NCBI RefSeq assembly: GCF_006345805.1
Contig: NC_043005.1
Coordinates: 10,044,001-10,108,000, forward strand
Direction: 5' to 3'
DNA length: 64,000 bases
From: Octopus sinensis
Lineage: Eukaryota
Part shown: positions 12,434 to 24,930 of the stretch, one piece after another
Layout of the letters: each line of letters starts with the position of its first letter
How positions within the stretch are numbered: position 1 is the first letter of the stretch
Notes under the pieces: model-generated
Database searches by the model: none
What the model saw: the letters and a program-made list of their open reading frames with translations, nothing else
Told to the model about the DNA's origin: nothing
Program-made: the position numbers and the translations under genes

Positions 12434-13468
12434 GTATTATATATTAAAGTGTTATACTAATTATCTTTTTTTAATAATTTTGATATATATTTAAAATAAT
12501 ATAAATTAATTAATCTTATGTATTGGCTTAAGTTTTTCATTGTATGATTTGCCTAATAGTGGTTTTATCTCTAATTTAATATAATATATTATTTTACTGT
12601 AAAATTGGATTCAATCCTAAATTTTTCCCTGTAAGTTTGGATTTATTCTCTAATATTTTTATTATATATATATATGTATATGTCTGTGTGTGCTCATATA
12701 TACAATATATACATACATACGTACGTATGTAGGTATGTATGTATCTCAATATACGACTTGATTTATTGTTATCTGTCTCTTCGTATTAGCTGTATTTCTA
12801 TATCATTGTATATATTATCGTTCTAAACAAGATGTTTTTCACTTGTATTAACTCATGCTCCTAATTGATTTGCATTAAAAAAATAGTATTTTCGATATCT
12901 CTGCGGAATATTTAACTATGTAATTACTGTCACATCTTATTTCTGAAAGTTAATTTTTAAATTCCATTTTAAACGTTGATTTATATGTTCGAGCATTCTG
13001 GGATAATATAAAAAAGATGGAGTGAATTAATGTTTTTGATATTTTAGTTGTTTCTCTATCTCACCGGCATCTGGTCGTTGGGGGCAAATAAACAATAAAC
13101 CATATTAGCGGTCTCCTTGGAATTTCACTGATAATGGTAGCATCTTTTTTCACACGTTTCTTTACTCCCAGTACAGGAAACATGAACTGTATTGGAAAAT
13201 AAGGTTGCTCGCGCACGCATGCGTGTGCGTGTTTGTGTGTGTGTGTGAGTGTACGGGCGCGCCTATAAGATCGCATTTCTGAAGCATGAAGAAGTTTTAA
13301 AATGTATCATTTTACAAAGTTGCTCAAATGAAAACGTATAAACAACAGAGCTGATAATACATCCAGTAAAAATCCTTTAAACACAAAAACTGGACAAGCC
13401 ACACACATACACACACACGCGCATATACACACACATCCATGTACATCTATCTATCTATCTATCTATCA

Positions 13469-13526
<58 letters not shown>

Positions 13527-13530
13527 ATTA

Positions 13531-13572
<42 letters not shown>

Positions 13573-13597
13573 CACATACACACACACAGACGCGTAC

Positions 13598-13628
<31 letters not shown>

Positions 13629-14909
13629 AAAAAGGAGGGCTGGGCATGCCGTGGTTGATGATGCGCAGATACGCGCTGAGACTGCGACATCTCTGGCTCT
13701 ATGTAGACGACGGTGAACAGGTGTGGTCGCCGTTTGTGAGGCACGCTTTCCCGCAGCTCGTCTCCATGACCGAACTGCAGTCGTGGATCAAAAAGAGGCC
13801 GAGGAAGGGCGAATGGCACCGCGAGTGTCGCGTTGCTCTCAAGCAACTCTGCCGTCCTGGGTCGACCTTAAGTGACTTCAACACAACCAAAGCATTCTAT
13901 AGGGGTTTAGTGGAGGGGAGGTACGACGACGAGCTCGGGGCGAACCTGGACGTCGACGAGGAGTACCTGACCCGCCTGTTCAGGACGACTTTCGGGCCAG
14001 GGCCCATGGACAACTTCCAGAGATCCCTGGCCTGGCAGTGCTACCGAGAAGCGCTACCCGTTCGGGATAAGCTCTACAGACACGGCTCGAGAAACACGGG
14101 GCCGACCTGCCCGAGATGCGGTCAGAGCGACGAAACCGTTCTGCACGCACTCGTTCAGTGTCCAACAATTTCAGACCTGTGGGCTTATGTCGAACAACTG
14201 CTGTCACGTGTGGGACGAGTCGGTTTATCAGCTGAGTCTATCGTCAATATTGTCACGCCTCCTTCCTTCAAACGGGAAGGAAGAGGTATTTTCATCATCC
14301 TTGTGGCTATGGCGAAAGAATGTATCTGGTGGACGCGTCTGAAAGGATTGGAGACAAACACTTTCCTCTCTGGTCAATCTCTCATCAACTTCTTCAAGTA
14401 CCACTTGAAAAGGAAAGTGAGAGTAGAGAGGCAAGTTTTGTCTAGCGAATGTTTTAAAAAAAGATAGGTGAATGTAGCAAGAATGGCACGTATGAATGAC
14501 GAAGCCATCTTGAGCATAATCCTATGAACCCAGAAATTGAAAACAGAGATTTGCTTATTTGCAAAAAAAAAAAAAAAAAAAAAAAGAAATATAAAATGTG
14601 ACTTCATTGACCGAGGTTACCGTGGTCTTTTCGGTAGGCTTTTCTTTCCACGGGTAAACCTCACCTGTCCTCCCCTTTACACTTCATATTGACATTTCTG
14701 TGATAACGATCCCTATTGATCAATTTTTTTTTCCTCTCCCCCCTTTTTTTAACCCCCCCTTTTTTGTCCTCTTTCTCTCCTTTTACGATCCCTTTTGATC
14801 GAAACATGCCCCTTTCATTTTTTTTTTTTTTTTTAAACCTTCAAAAGAAAAGCTCTACCTTGTAATTTGTTCTATCTGTGTGCAGCCCTGTGTGGCTAAT
14901 AAAGAAACA
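13629..14909 (+). mobile_element. Tx1/L1-clade LINE, 5'-truncated: ORF2 C-terminus plus 3' UTR
   Basis: Open frame KGGLGMP...CPRCGQSDETVLHALVQC (CCHC)...FKKR*. The TAG at 14465 is probably a mutated TGG, with the frame continuing to TGA at 14527. AATAAA at 14898, no poly(A), (TATC)n on both sides. Confidence 0.92.
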
Positions 14910-14933
14910 TATCTATCTATCTATCTATCTATC

Positions 14934-14964
<31 letters not shown>

Positions 14965-15102
14965 TATATATATATACAGACACATACACACACACAGACG
15001 CGTACATCTATCTATCTATCTATCTATCTGTCTATCTATCTATCTATCTATTTATCCATCTATCTATTTTTCGTTATATATATATATATATACATACATA
15101 TA

Positions 15103-15155
<53 letters not shown>

Positions 15156-15742
15156 TTACTACAATGTATGATAGCCGCCTTCCTGTCTGGCTGGATGCAT
15201 GCATCCATGCAAACATCTTACTTTTCAGTTTGTCGTCCTAATTTATTTTATCGCATCCTTTTGGATTATATATATTTCTGCCTCATTTCTGCATCATTCT
15301 CTATATTATCGATGTAAATGTAATTCTTTTTACATTATTGCGTCATCTCGCTAATGGCTTTCCACAATAAAAGTATTTTCAATTATACCATGAAATATTT
15401 GACTATATAATTACTAACCAATCTCATTTCCGTGAGGCAATTTTGAAATTTATTTTAATGTAGATTGACAAAGTATGAATGTTATCGCAAAATATTTGTT
15501 TACTTAATCGAAAGTATTTGTGTTCTAGATACTTCTGTTGTTTTTGTAACTCACTGGCACCGTTAGTAAGGTTTATATAAACAGCAAAGCATATTTACGG
15601 CTGTCTTTGTACTTTCGGTAAAGAAAATATCATGCGTTCTTAGATATTTATGTGCGACTACGGAGCAGAAATGGTAAATTGTTTTGAAAGGTTAAATATA
15701 TTCCATATCTATCCCTCTCAATATATACTTTGGCATTATATG

Positions 15743-16226
15743 AAGGCGGCGAGCTGGCAGAAACGTTAGCACGCCGGTCGAAATGCGTAGCTGTATTTCG
15801 TCTGCCGTTACGTTCTGAGTTCAAATTCCGCCGAGGTTGACTTAGCCCTTCATGCTTTCGGGGCCGATAAATAAAGTACCAGTTTCGCATAGGGTCGATG
15901 TAATCGACTTAATCCGTTTGTCTGTCCTTGTTTGTTCCCGCTGTGTTTAGTCCCTTGTGGGCAATAAAGAAATATATATTCCATATCTATCCCTGTCAAT
16001 ATATAGTTTGGTATTATATGAAGGCGGCGAGCTGGCAGAAACATTAGCGCGCCGGGTGAAATGCTTAGCGGTATTTCGTCTGCCGCTACGTTCTGAGTTC
16101 AAATTCCGCCGAGGTCGATAAATTAAGTACCAGTTACGCACTGGGGTCGATGTAATCGACTTGATCCGTTTGTCTGTCCTTGTTTGTCCCCTCTAGGTTC
16201 AGCCCCTCGTGGGTAGTAAAGAAATA
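15743..16226 (+). mobile_element. Two SINE-B copies in tandem, separated by duplicated target sequence
   Basis: Copies at 15743-15972 and 16021-16226; duplicated flanks at 15696-15742, 15974-16020 and 16223-16245. Confidence 0.9.
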
Positions 16227-16252
16227 TATAGTTTGGTATTATATGCTTGTGG

Positions 16253-16500
16253 TGGAGGCGCGTGGCTTAGTGGTTAGGGTGTCAGCATCATGATCGTAAG
16301 ATGGTGGTTTCGATTCCTGTATCGGGCGACGCGTTGTGTTCTTGAGCAAACACTTCATTTCACGCAGCTCCAGTCCACTCCGCTGGCAAAAATGAGTAAC
16401 GCTGCGATGGACTGGGGTCCCATACTGCTTGGGAACACATACGCCATGGAAGCCGGGAAACCGGGCCCATGAGCCTGGCTAGGCTTTGAACGGGTGCATC
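16253..16500 (+). mobile_element. tRNA-derived SINE, family C variant
   Basis: Head tggaggcgcgtggcttagtggttaggg...ggtttcgattcc; tail gcgatggactgg...gccgggaaaccgggccc, shared with 46110-46406. Confidence 0.75.
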
Positions 16501-16526
16501 TATATTTTATTTATCATATGCTTGTA

Positions 16527-16845
16527 AAGGCGAGTGGCTTAGTGGCTAGGGTAATCGGCTCACGGACCATAAGATCGCGAGTTCGACTCGCGGCTGCACG
16601 TGGTGTCCTTGAGGGAGACACTTTATTTCACGTTGCTCCAGTCCACTCAGCTGGCAAAAATGAGTGGTACCTGTAATTAAAAAGGTCGGCTTTGTCATAA
16701 TCTGTGTCCCGGAGAATCTCCCTGGGAACTACGTTAACGTCATGCGTGTCTGTGGAGTGTTCTGCCACTCGTGCGTTAATTTCACGAGCAGGATGTTTCG
16801 TTGATCGGATCAACTGCAACACTCGTCGTCGCAACCGACGGAGTG
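16527..16845 (+). mobile_element. tRNA-derived SINE, family C variant
   Basis: Head as above; tail ttaatttcacgagcagg...accgacggagtg, shared with 63006-63392. Confidence 0.8.
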
Positions 16846-16929
16846 TCGGCTGTATTCTTGAGCATCTCCCTATCAGTGGTGTACTGTGTATATATATGTG
16901 TGTGTGGCGCGCGCACCTATGTATTATAG

Positions 16930-17347
16930 TCGCAGGAGTGGCTGTGTGGTAAGAAGCTTGCTTCTCACCACATGGTTCTAGGTTCAGTCCCACTGCATGG
17001 CACCTTCTGCAAGTGCTTTCTACTATAGCCTCGGAGCGACCAAAGCCTTGTAAGTGGATTTGGTGGACGGAAACTGAAAGAAGTCCTTCATATATATATA
17101 TATATTATATATATATATTTATATATATATGCGTGTATTTGTGTGTCTGTATTTGTCCCCCCACCATCGCATGACAATCGATGTTGGTGAATCACGTCCC
17201 CTTAACATAGTGGTTCGATAACAGACACCGATAGAATAAGTACTAGCCTTGCAGAGAATAAGTCCTTGGAGTCGATTGGTTCGACTAAAGGTGGTGCTCC
17301 AGCATCGCTGGAATCAAATGACTGAAACAAGTAAAAGAATAAAAGAA
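16930..17347 (+). mobile_element. SINE family A
   Basis: Matches the family A head, centre and tail. Confidence 0.85.
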
Positions 17348-17989
17348 TATATCATTATAAATATTATGGCTCAAAATCAGTTATTTTTTGGGGTGGTGGC
17401 CATTACACATATTTCGGCCTTCTCACTAATTCTTTCGCGTGAAAATGTGTTTTCGATATGAGTATGAAATAATTACTGAAATCATACACACACACACACA
17501 CACACACACATTTCTCTCTCTCACACACACGCACACACAAACACGCATGCGAATACACACATAGGAACACAAGCACACGCATATATATATTTGTATGTGC
17601 CTGCATGTATATACACATATACATACAAGTATATATTGTATATACACTATACACACACACGCAGACACATACACACACGCATGCACACACACATACGCAC
17701 GCACACACGCGCAAAGATATACGCATGTATAGCCACTTCGAAAAGAAAATGGACAGCAATATTCGTCCGTATAAATGTGTCTAATGGACGTGCTGTGTTT
17801 AAAAACAGAATATATATTGGAGGCAGGCGTAAATTGTCCAATCAACGCTTCTTGAGAATGTCCGTTGTTAGTAGCATCTACTCATCGCCAACCGATTTCT
17901 AAAGTGAAGTTTATCACTACTGATATAATAATAAAGTGACTGAACAATCATTCGTGTTGCGAATAGCCGCCCGGTAAATAAAAACAATA

Positions 17990-18510
17990 TATACCCCCAC
18001 CCTCAGCCTAACTCACAATCCATCCTTACCTCCCCCACCTCCAAACACCATCACACCACCACACCATACACCACTACATTGTACACTACCATACCACATA
18101 AGATATCATATCACATCATACCACCACGCAAACACTAACACTGACCACTTCCCAGCCCCACATCTTCACACCTACACACACACACACACGCACACTTCAA
18201 GGTCATCAGCCCTCTTCTACACTCACATACATACTCAGACGCACGCGCACCTTCGTTTTGGGATCACCCCTACTTTATTATCTCCCCTTCTTCCTAGCTC
18301 TCCTGTGTGACCCCTCTGTCCGGCATTCGCCATGATAGATCGCTAGCCACTACACATTCTTTATTTTCTCTCCTTGTTTCTTTCTGTGTTCAGAAAAGAG
18401 AGTAGGCTCGAAACGTTAAATGCTTTTTCACTTTCCGAGCGCTAAACTAATACATCTGTTTGTCGTCTACACCATCTGTCTTCGTCTTTTGTTTTTCTTT
18501 TGTGAATTTT

Positions 18511-18515
<5 letters not shown>
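17990..18515 (+). mobile_element. PLE 3' UTR/terminal-repeat fragment with a degenerate hammerhead (18389-18420)
   Basis: C-rich tract, then tgtccggcattcgccatgatagatcg...gagagtaggctcgaaacgttaaa. Homologous to 33875-34053 (minus strand). Ends in (TA)n. Confidence 0.6.
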
Positions 18516-18548
<33 letters not shown>

Positions 18549-19309
18549 TAGACACACGACAGAAGAAGAACTACTAGATTAAAATATCAATCAGTCTATG
18601 ATACTTAATATAGATACATCGTAAAAAGCAAATTTACTGCAGCATTCGACTAGCGATGTTATTTCTTATGGAAGTGTTGTGTTTAAAAACCACGATTAAT
18701 ATATAAACAGGCGAAAATTGTCCAATCCATCACTGGTGATAATATTATTTGCATTTCTGTGTTGTTAAGCATTATCAGTAGCATGTAATACACATGCGTA
18801 TGCATATGTGTGAGTGACGTGCTTAGTATTTCTTAATATCAGGCAGTCATAAATATTATGATAGACGAGCTCCTTAAACAACCATTTAGTTCTTAAATTC
18901 AAATGTAACTTTTTTAGATTTTCACCTGTCTTCTACAAAACACAATAATCATTTGATATTTCTGTGTTGATAATTAATACTCTATTGTTTGTTATGACAT
19001 GGACAATTATGTCAGAATTATCTAGTAGTCTGTCTGGATGCTACATTTTTAAAGTATTGCTATGTCCAAAGATTGAGATTCATAGGTGTATTATGGAATT
19101 TTTTTTCGGGATTTTCTAATTAGCTTGTGAAGGCGTGAATTGTGTTTCCAAATGTATATAAATTAATTAGAAATCATTATTATAATTATTATCATCGTTG
19201 TCGTCATCATCGTCATCATCATCACTACCACCATCATCATCATCATCATCATCATAATTTCTATTGTTGTTTTTGTTACTATTTGCTTTTAATTTGTTTG
19301 TCTGTGGCA

Positions 19310-20480
19310 ATCATTTGTTGCGACACACCCAGCGCCCTAGGGCAAGTGAAAGATAAGAGATGTTACAATATAACTGAAAGCTTAGGGAAGGGAAGTGGCA
19401 AGAGAAGTAGCAAAATATCTCAATGTAATAAAATATAGACGTTCAAAATGATAGGGTTTTTTTCTAAAGATGTGGGTAGTATTTGTCAGCACAATCTTCT
19501 GGATTTTTCTGAAACATGGTATCCTGGTCTCCTGGGATGTTGTCTAGATGTTTCTTTTATCAGACCTAGAGCAGCTGCAATAAGAGGAACAGTTTTTGCT
19601 TTAAGATACCACATCTTTTGTATTTCAATTTCCAGGTCCATATATTTACTAAGTTTATGGAAGACTTACATCTGTTAGTCTACAAGTATTTTTTTCCCTG
19701 TCTTTAATAACTATGTCTAGTCGACTAGCCGGGACAGTTGTCAGTATTGGCTGGAAGATCCCAGCAGATAGAGACTTTTTTACTAACACTATACTCATTA
19801 ATGCACTCGATCTGGCTGTTTCTGACTAACTACTTCTTCCCTTATTTCTTTTTTACCCGTGCAGCATCTCCATTATGATTGACTGGCTTATCCCAAATAT
19901 TACTCCAGAACTTTCTAGCTTCTTCTGCATTAGGTTTCTTATCTTCAGTATTTTCTTTTACACTTATTGTTTGGTTATTAAATCTCCGCTCTGTCTCATA
20001 CAATCTGTTCTGTTGATACTGATCTATTCTTTTTCTAATATCTGGAAAGCTCACCTGCTATTGCTTTGATACTTTGTTTCAATTCTTCCATGACTATTCC
20101 AAATCTTTTCTCTGTGACTAAGTATTTTTTCTCAAGTGATTTAAATCTTGTTTCCTAACTTGTTCAATTTCTAAGCTTCGATTCTATTAATATCTTGTCT
20201 TAAATCTCACTTTTTTCGAATCTCCTTTTCTACATTTGCTCTTTCCTAATTTTTCCTTGAGGAATAACAAATTTTCTAGTATCTACTACCCTTCCAGCAA
20301 TAAGTTAATATCACCCATAATTTTTGTATCTAATGTCACCAATATTTTTAGTGTTTATCCTACTGATAACAGAATCTACTTTCGTAGTCATTTCTAGCAG
20401 TTTTTTTTTTTCGTTTGCACATATTAATGTTGGTAATCTATTTTTTCTTCTTTCCCCATTGCTTCTTTCAACTCATCAAA
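19310..20480 (-). mobile_element. R4/Dong-clade LINE remnant, degenerate and internally deleted
   Basis: The minus strand gives DQYQQNRLY...PNAEEARKFWSNIW and KLSKYMDLEIEIQKMWYLKAKTVPLIAAALGLI (restriction-like endonuclease region), homologous to 26051-26353. Confidence 0.8.
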
Positions 20481-20773
20481 ATCGTCTGATCTTCCTCACT
20501 CAAGACACTTAAGTTGCTGGTGCCAGTTATCCCTTCCTGATCGGAAGTGCTATTATTATTTTTTCTTTAGGTTCTTCTTTGGTTTGAACTGTATTGCTTA
20601 TGGCGTTTCTACTGCTTGGTCTTTCTTTTACAATTCTCTTGTTTTCTCTTCCTCCTCCAATTCTGTCATCCATTTTGTTTTCCTAAATAGCATTATGAAA
20701 CTTTTCTACCCTGAGGGACCAGAAAGGTGTACAAAGAAAGAGGAAAAGAGGATGAGGGAGAAGAAGAAGAAGA

Positions 20774-20808
<35 letters not shown>

Positions 20809-22271
20809 GAACTGTAGCAGAGACAGTAACAACAGCACTGAGAATCTCACCACCAAATGGAGTGCTGTTTCTCAAAAGACTGTGTCGCATGCCCTGTTTG
20901 AGAAAACTATCTAAGAACAGATATAGAAACGTTATACATCGCTTTCTCGTGATTAACAGTAAGAGCGTATTTCAGTGTGCACTTAAAGCGGCAGCTAAAG
21001 GAGGCTGGTATGTAAAGTAAAGTCCATTGGCCTGACAAAATCGTACGCAAGTAGTTACTGAATGCATTTAAGATCAAATGCAAGGCGAAAGGTGAAGACA
21101 ATGTGCCACACACACTTATTCATAGGCTCAACTCACAATATATAAGCAGTGTAATGTAAGATAACAAATATTGACAATTATATTAAACTCAGATTCGTTG
21201 TCCACTTCGGACTCGTTGTCCACTGCAATCGGAGCAGGTTGTTAGAGCAACCTCGGGTGAGGTCAGTATGGAGTTATAAGTCTTGATGATGCAGAAAGAA
21301 AAACAGTGAAACTGACAGCAAAATTTCCAGCCGTTACACTTATGGCAACAAAGGCACTTGAGAGCTTTCTGTTTTAAAGAATCAGAAAGGAAAAGATAAA
21401 GAGAAACAGAGAGAGGTGGGAGGGGGTCCGACACCAGCAGAGCCCGTGACAACAATAGATAACACCAGAGGCTGCTGGTACAATAGTCGCACAGTCAATC
21501 AGCTCCATGTATAATTTTAAAAATCGCCTTACTATCAAAACCAACACTCATTGGCCAAGAAGCACCTACTCTCTGGCCTCAAAATGTAACACTGCCCCAT
21601 ATCTTGCGACACAGCGTGATCAAACGTGGGATCTATTTCATGGGTTCACATCCATGCATGTTTGTAGATGGTGGGGCTTTTAGTTTTAATTTCTATTCAC
21701 TTTTAATTACATCTTATTAAATCTGTTTCAGATATTAGTTTTCAATCACTTTATCACGGCGAGAATACGCTAATTATTCATCTTGTGTGTATGTGTTTTA
21801 TGAGGCTAGGGCTTTCCGATGGTTAATAGATTTTGTGAGCTTCATATATTTCTTGAAGAAACGAATGAGGTATGGACACCAGACACAGTTAGGAATGTCA
21901 GATAGAAGCCTTAAGCTGGCACGGATTTAAAGTGACTTCTACTTAGCGTGAGGTTTCATACATGCATATTATTGCAAGCAGTATTTATAAATCTATAGGA
22001 TTCATCAGTGAGAGGGCATTCATTATGACTGAATTACGGTTAATGGTTAATGTAACAATTAATTAACGATATCATTAACACATGCTTATGCAAATATCCA
22101 GGCGATAACTGAAAATTATACAAGCCTCCTTATAAATGACACGAAGCCATATCATATACTGACAAATGCAATACGTTTCACCCCATTACTGCTATTACAA
22201 AATAGCCCCATCAAAAAAACCCTAATTATCAAAATAATTAGGGTCATTTCTGTAAATAGTCAATTACATTT

Positions 22272-22465
22272 GTTCTTTTATTTGTTTCAGTCAATTAACT
22301 ACGGCCATGCTAGAGCACCCACCGCCTTTAGTCGAAGTAATCGACCCCAGAACTTATTCCTTATATTCTATCGGTCTCTTTGCCGATTCGCTAAATTACG
22401 GGGATATAAACACACCAGCATCGGTTGTCAAGCGATGTTGGGGGAAACCAAACACAGACACACAA

Positions 22466-22517
<52 letters not shown>

Positions 22518-22675
22518 GACGGGCTTCTCTCGGTTTCCATCTACCAAATCCCCTCACAGGGCTTTGATCGGCTCGAGGTTATAGTGGAAAACACTCGCTC
22601 AAGGTGCCACGCAGTGGGAATGAACCCGGAACCATGTGGTTGGTACGCAAGCTACTTACCACACGGCCACGCCTG
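22272..22675 (-). mobile_element. SINE family A
   Basis: Reverse complement of family A. Confidence 0.85.
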
Positions 22676-22794
22676 CCTCTCTCTATATATTTTCAAAATA
22701 AAACTATATGCATATATGATCTAGTATTTACGCCTGTGGATTAAGTTTATTCCTGTATTAATTAATTCTCTTACTAATGGACGACTTCGAGAAT

Positions 22795-23000
22795 GCAGCG
22801 AGTTGGCGATATCGTTACCACGCTGGGGCAGCGCCTTTTCATCCGTCTTTACGTTCTGAGTTCAAATTCCACCGAGATCGACTTTGCCTTTGATCATTTC
22901 GAGGATCGATGAAATAAAATGAGAAGTTGAGTACTGGGATCGATGTAATCGACTTACCCTCCCCCGAAATTGCTGGCCTTGTGCCAAAATTTGAAACCAG
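22795..23000 (+). mobile_element. SINE family B with the alternative tail (tail 1)
   Basis: Body gttctgagttcaaattcc...tcgatgtaatcgactt, then ccctcccccgaaattgctggccttgtgcc. Confidence 0.8.
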
Positions 23001-23380
23001 TAAACTACGTCTGGATACCCTTTACTTTCACAACACTAAAGATAATCACTTGTCGGATAGAAAAGAAATTGTTCCTCTGTTTCTGATTCTATCAAACAAA
23101 CCATAAATTTCTTTCTTCCACTGACCAGACTTTTCCGTTAGAAAATACGAAATACTCAACATTAAATTGGTTTATTGACCTTCCAGTTGCTTCTTCTACC
23201 AAATATGTCTGCATGGTGTATGTTCATGTGTGGGCTTGTGTCTGACTTACCAATATTTATATAATATCCGTATCTTGGAACGTTTGAAGTTAAATGCTAT
23301 GTATTTTCTAGATGCATATACAATGCAAATATAACTATATAACTAGAGAGTATCGTTTAGGTTAAAATGGACCGAGCTGC

Positions 23381-23409
23381 AGATAGATAGATAGGTAGAT
23401 AGATGAATG

Positions 23410-23466
<57 letters not shown>

Positions 23467-23504
23467 GTAGATAGATGAATGGGTAGATAGATAGATAGAT
23501 AGAC

Positions 23505-23572
<68 letters not shown>

Positions 23573-23581
23573 GGATGGATG

Positions 23582-23620
<39 letters not shown>

Positions 23621-23641
23621 GGATGGATAGATAGATGGATG

Positions 23642-23704
<63 letters not shown>

Positions 23705-23713
23705 GGATGGATG

Positions 23714-23772
<59 letters not shown>
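23381..23772. repeat. (GATA)n/(GATG)n microsatellite
   Basis: Direct reading. Confidence 0.98.
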
Positions 23773-23773
<1 letters not shown>

Positions 23774-24895
23774 TATGATTGTGTAAAATACGTAAACACA
23801 TAGGCACGTATGTATGTATTTTATACATAAATTGTATGCATTTGTAGATATATGTATGCATGCATGTATGTGTATATGTATGTATGTGTGTGTGTCTGTG
23901 TACCTATGTGTGTGTGTATAAAAAATATTTATATAATACATATACACATACATATATATATATTGCATGTATTATACCTGCATATAATTATGCATACATG
24001 CATACATACTAACATACATTTCTATGCATAAAGATATATGTATATATATGTACGTGTGTATGTGTGTGTGTGTTTGCCTGCGTACATTGATTCATTTATT
24101 GGGTTATCTTAATCATCTCTGAAGGTTTATGAACAATAAAATGATCCTTTTCCTTTTAATTATGATAGCCTAAATCGATAATTCTCCAATGTGCAGCTTA
24201 AATTCTGTTCCTCTCCGGGTGCGGCGAAATACTTTGGCAAACAGCCTATCTTTTACATTGAAACACATAAATATAGACACTTTGCTTGGATGCTTTCTGT
24301 GTATTTCTTTTCATCGTCGGAGGGTCAATATTTAGTAGAAGATTGGTGTAATGTAGTGGCATGCCAGGCGTATTAAAGTGACTTGTTACAAGTTCTTGCT
24401 TCCATTGTTTAGCCCCAGGTCAATGTTTATCAAGTAGATTTATTGAAATTGGGTTGCATTTTCTTGAAAGTGGAGCGACTGTATTGAAATTCTCTCTATA
24501 GCCTGTATTGCTTCTAGTAATGTTGATGCCGTTTAGCACCATCTTAACTTTGACCCAGCAAACCAATGATAAAGACAGTTGAAATTTGGGATCATCTTAT
24601 CACATTTTTCTATGATATATATTCATTAACTCTAAAGACAGCTGGTGAATGATGAGCTGAGAGAAATATTTGGTTGCTATTTTTCGTGGGTTTTATGACC
24701 ACGCTGAGGGGCTTTATTTGAATCGAGTTGCTATAGTTAGGTCATGTGATCAGCTATGTTTCGAAGCTGTAAACAGTAAAACAACTTGAATTTTCTGTTC
24801 AGCAACTGAAGTATTTAAGAGACGACTTACAAAAGCGAAATGATACTTGGCTACTCCAACCGATGAGAAACAGGAGCGAAGTCTCTCTCAGAATA

Positions 24896-24930
<35 letters not shown>

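Noticed and set aside
13439-14467. 342-aa ORF as a host gene
   Set aside because: The N-terminus is translated (TATC)n/(TA)n fused in frame to a truncated Tx1 ORF2.
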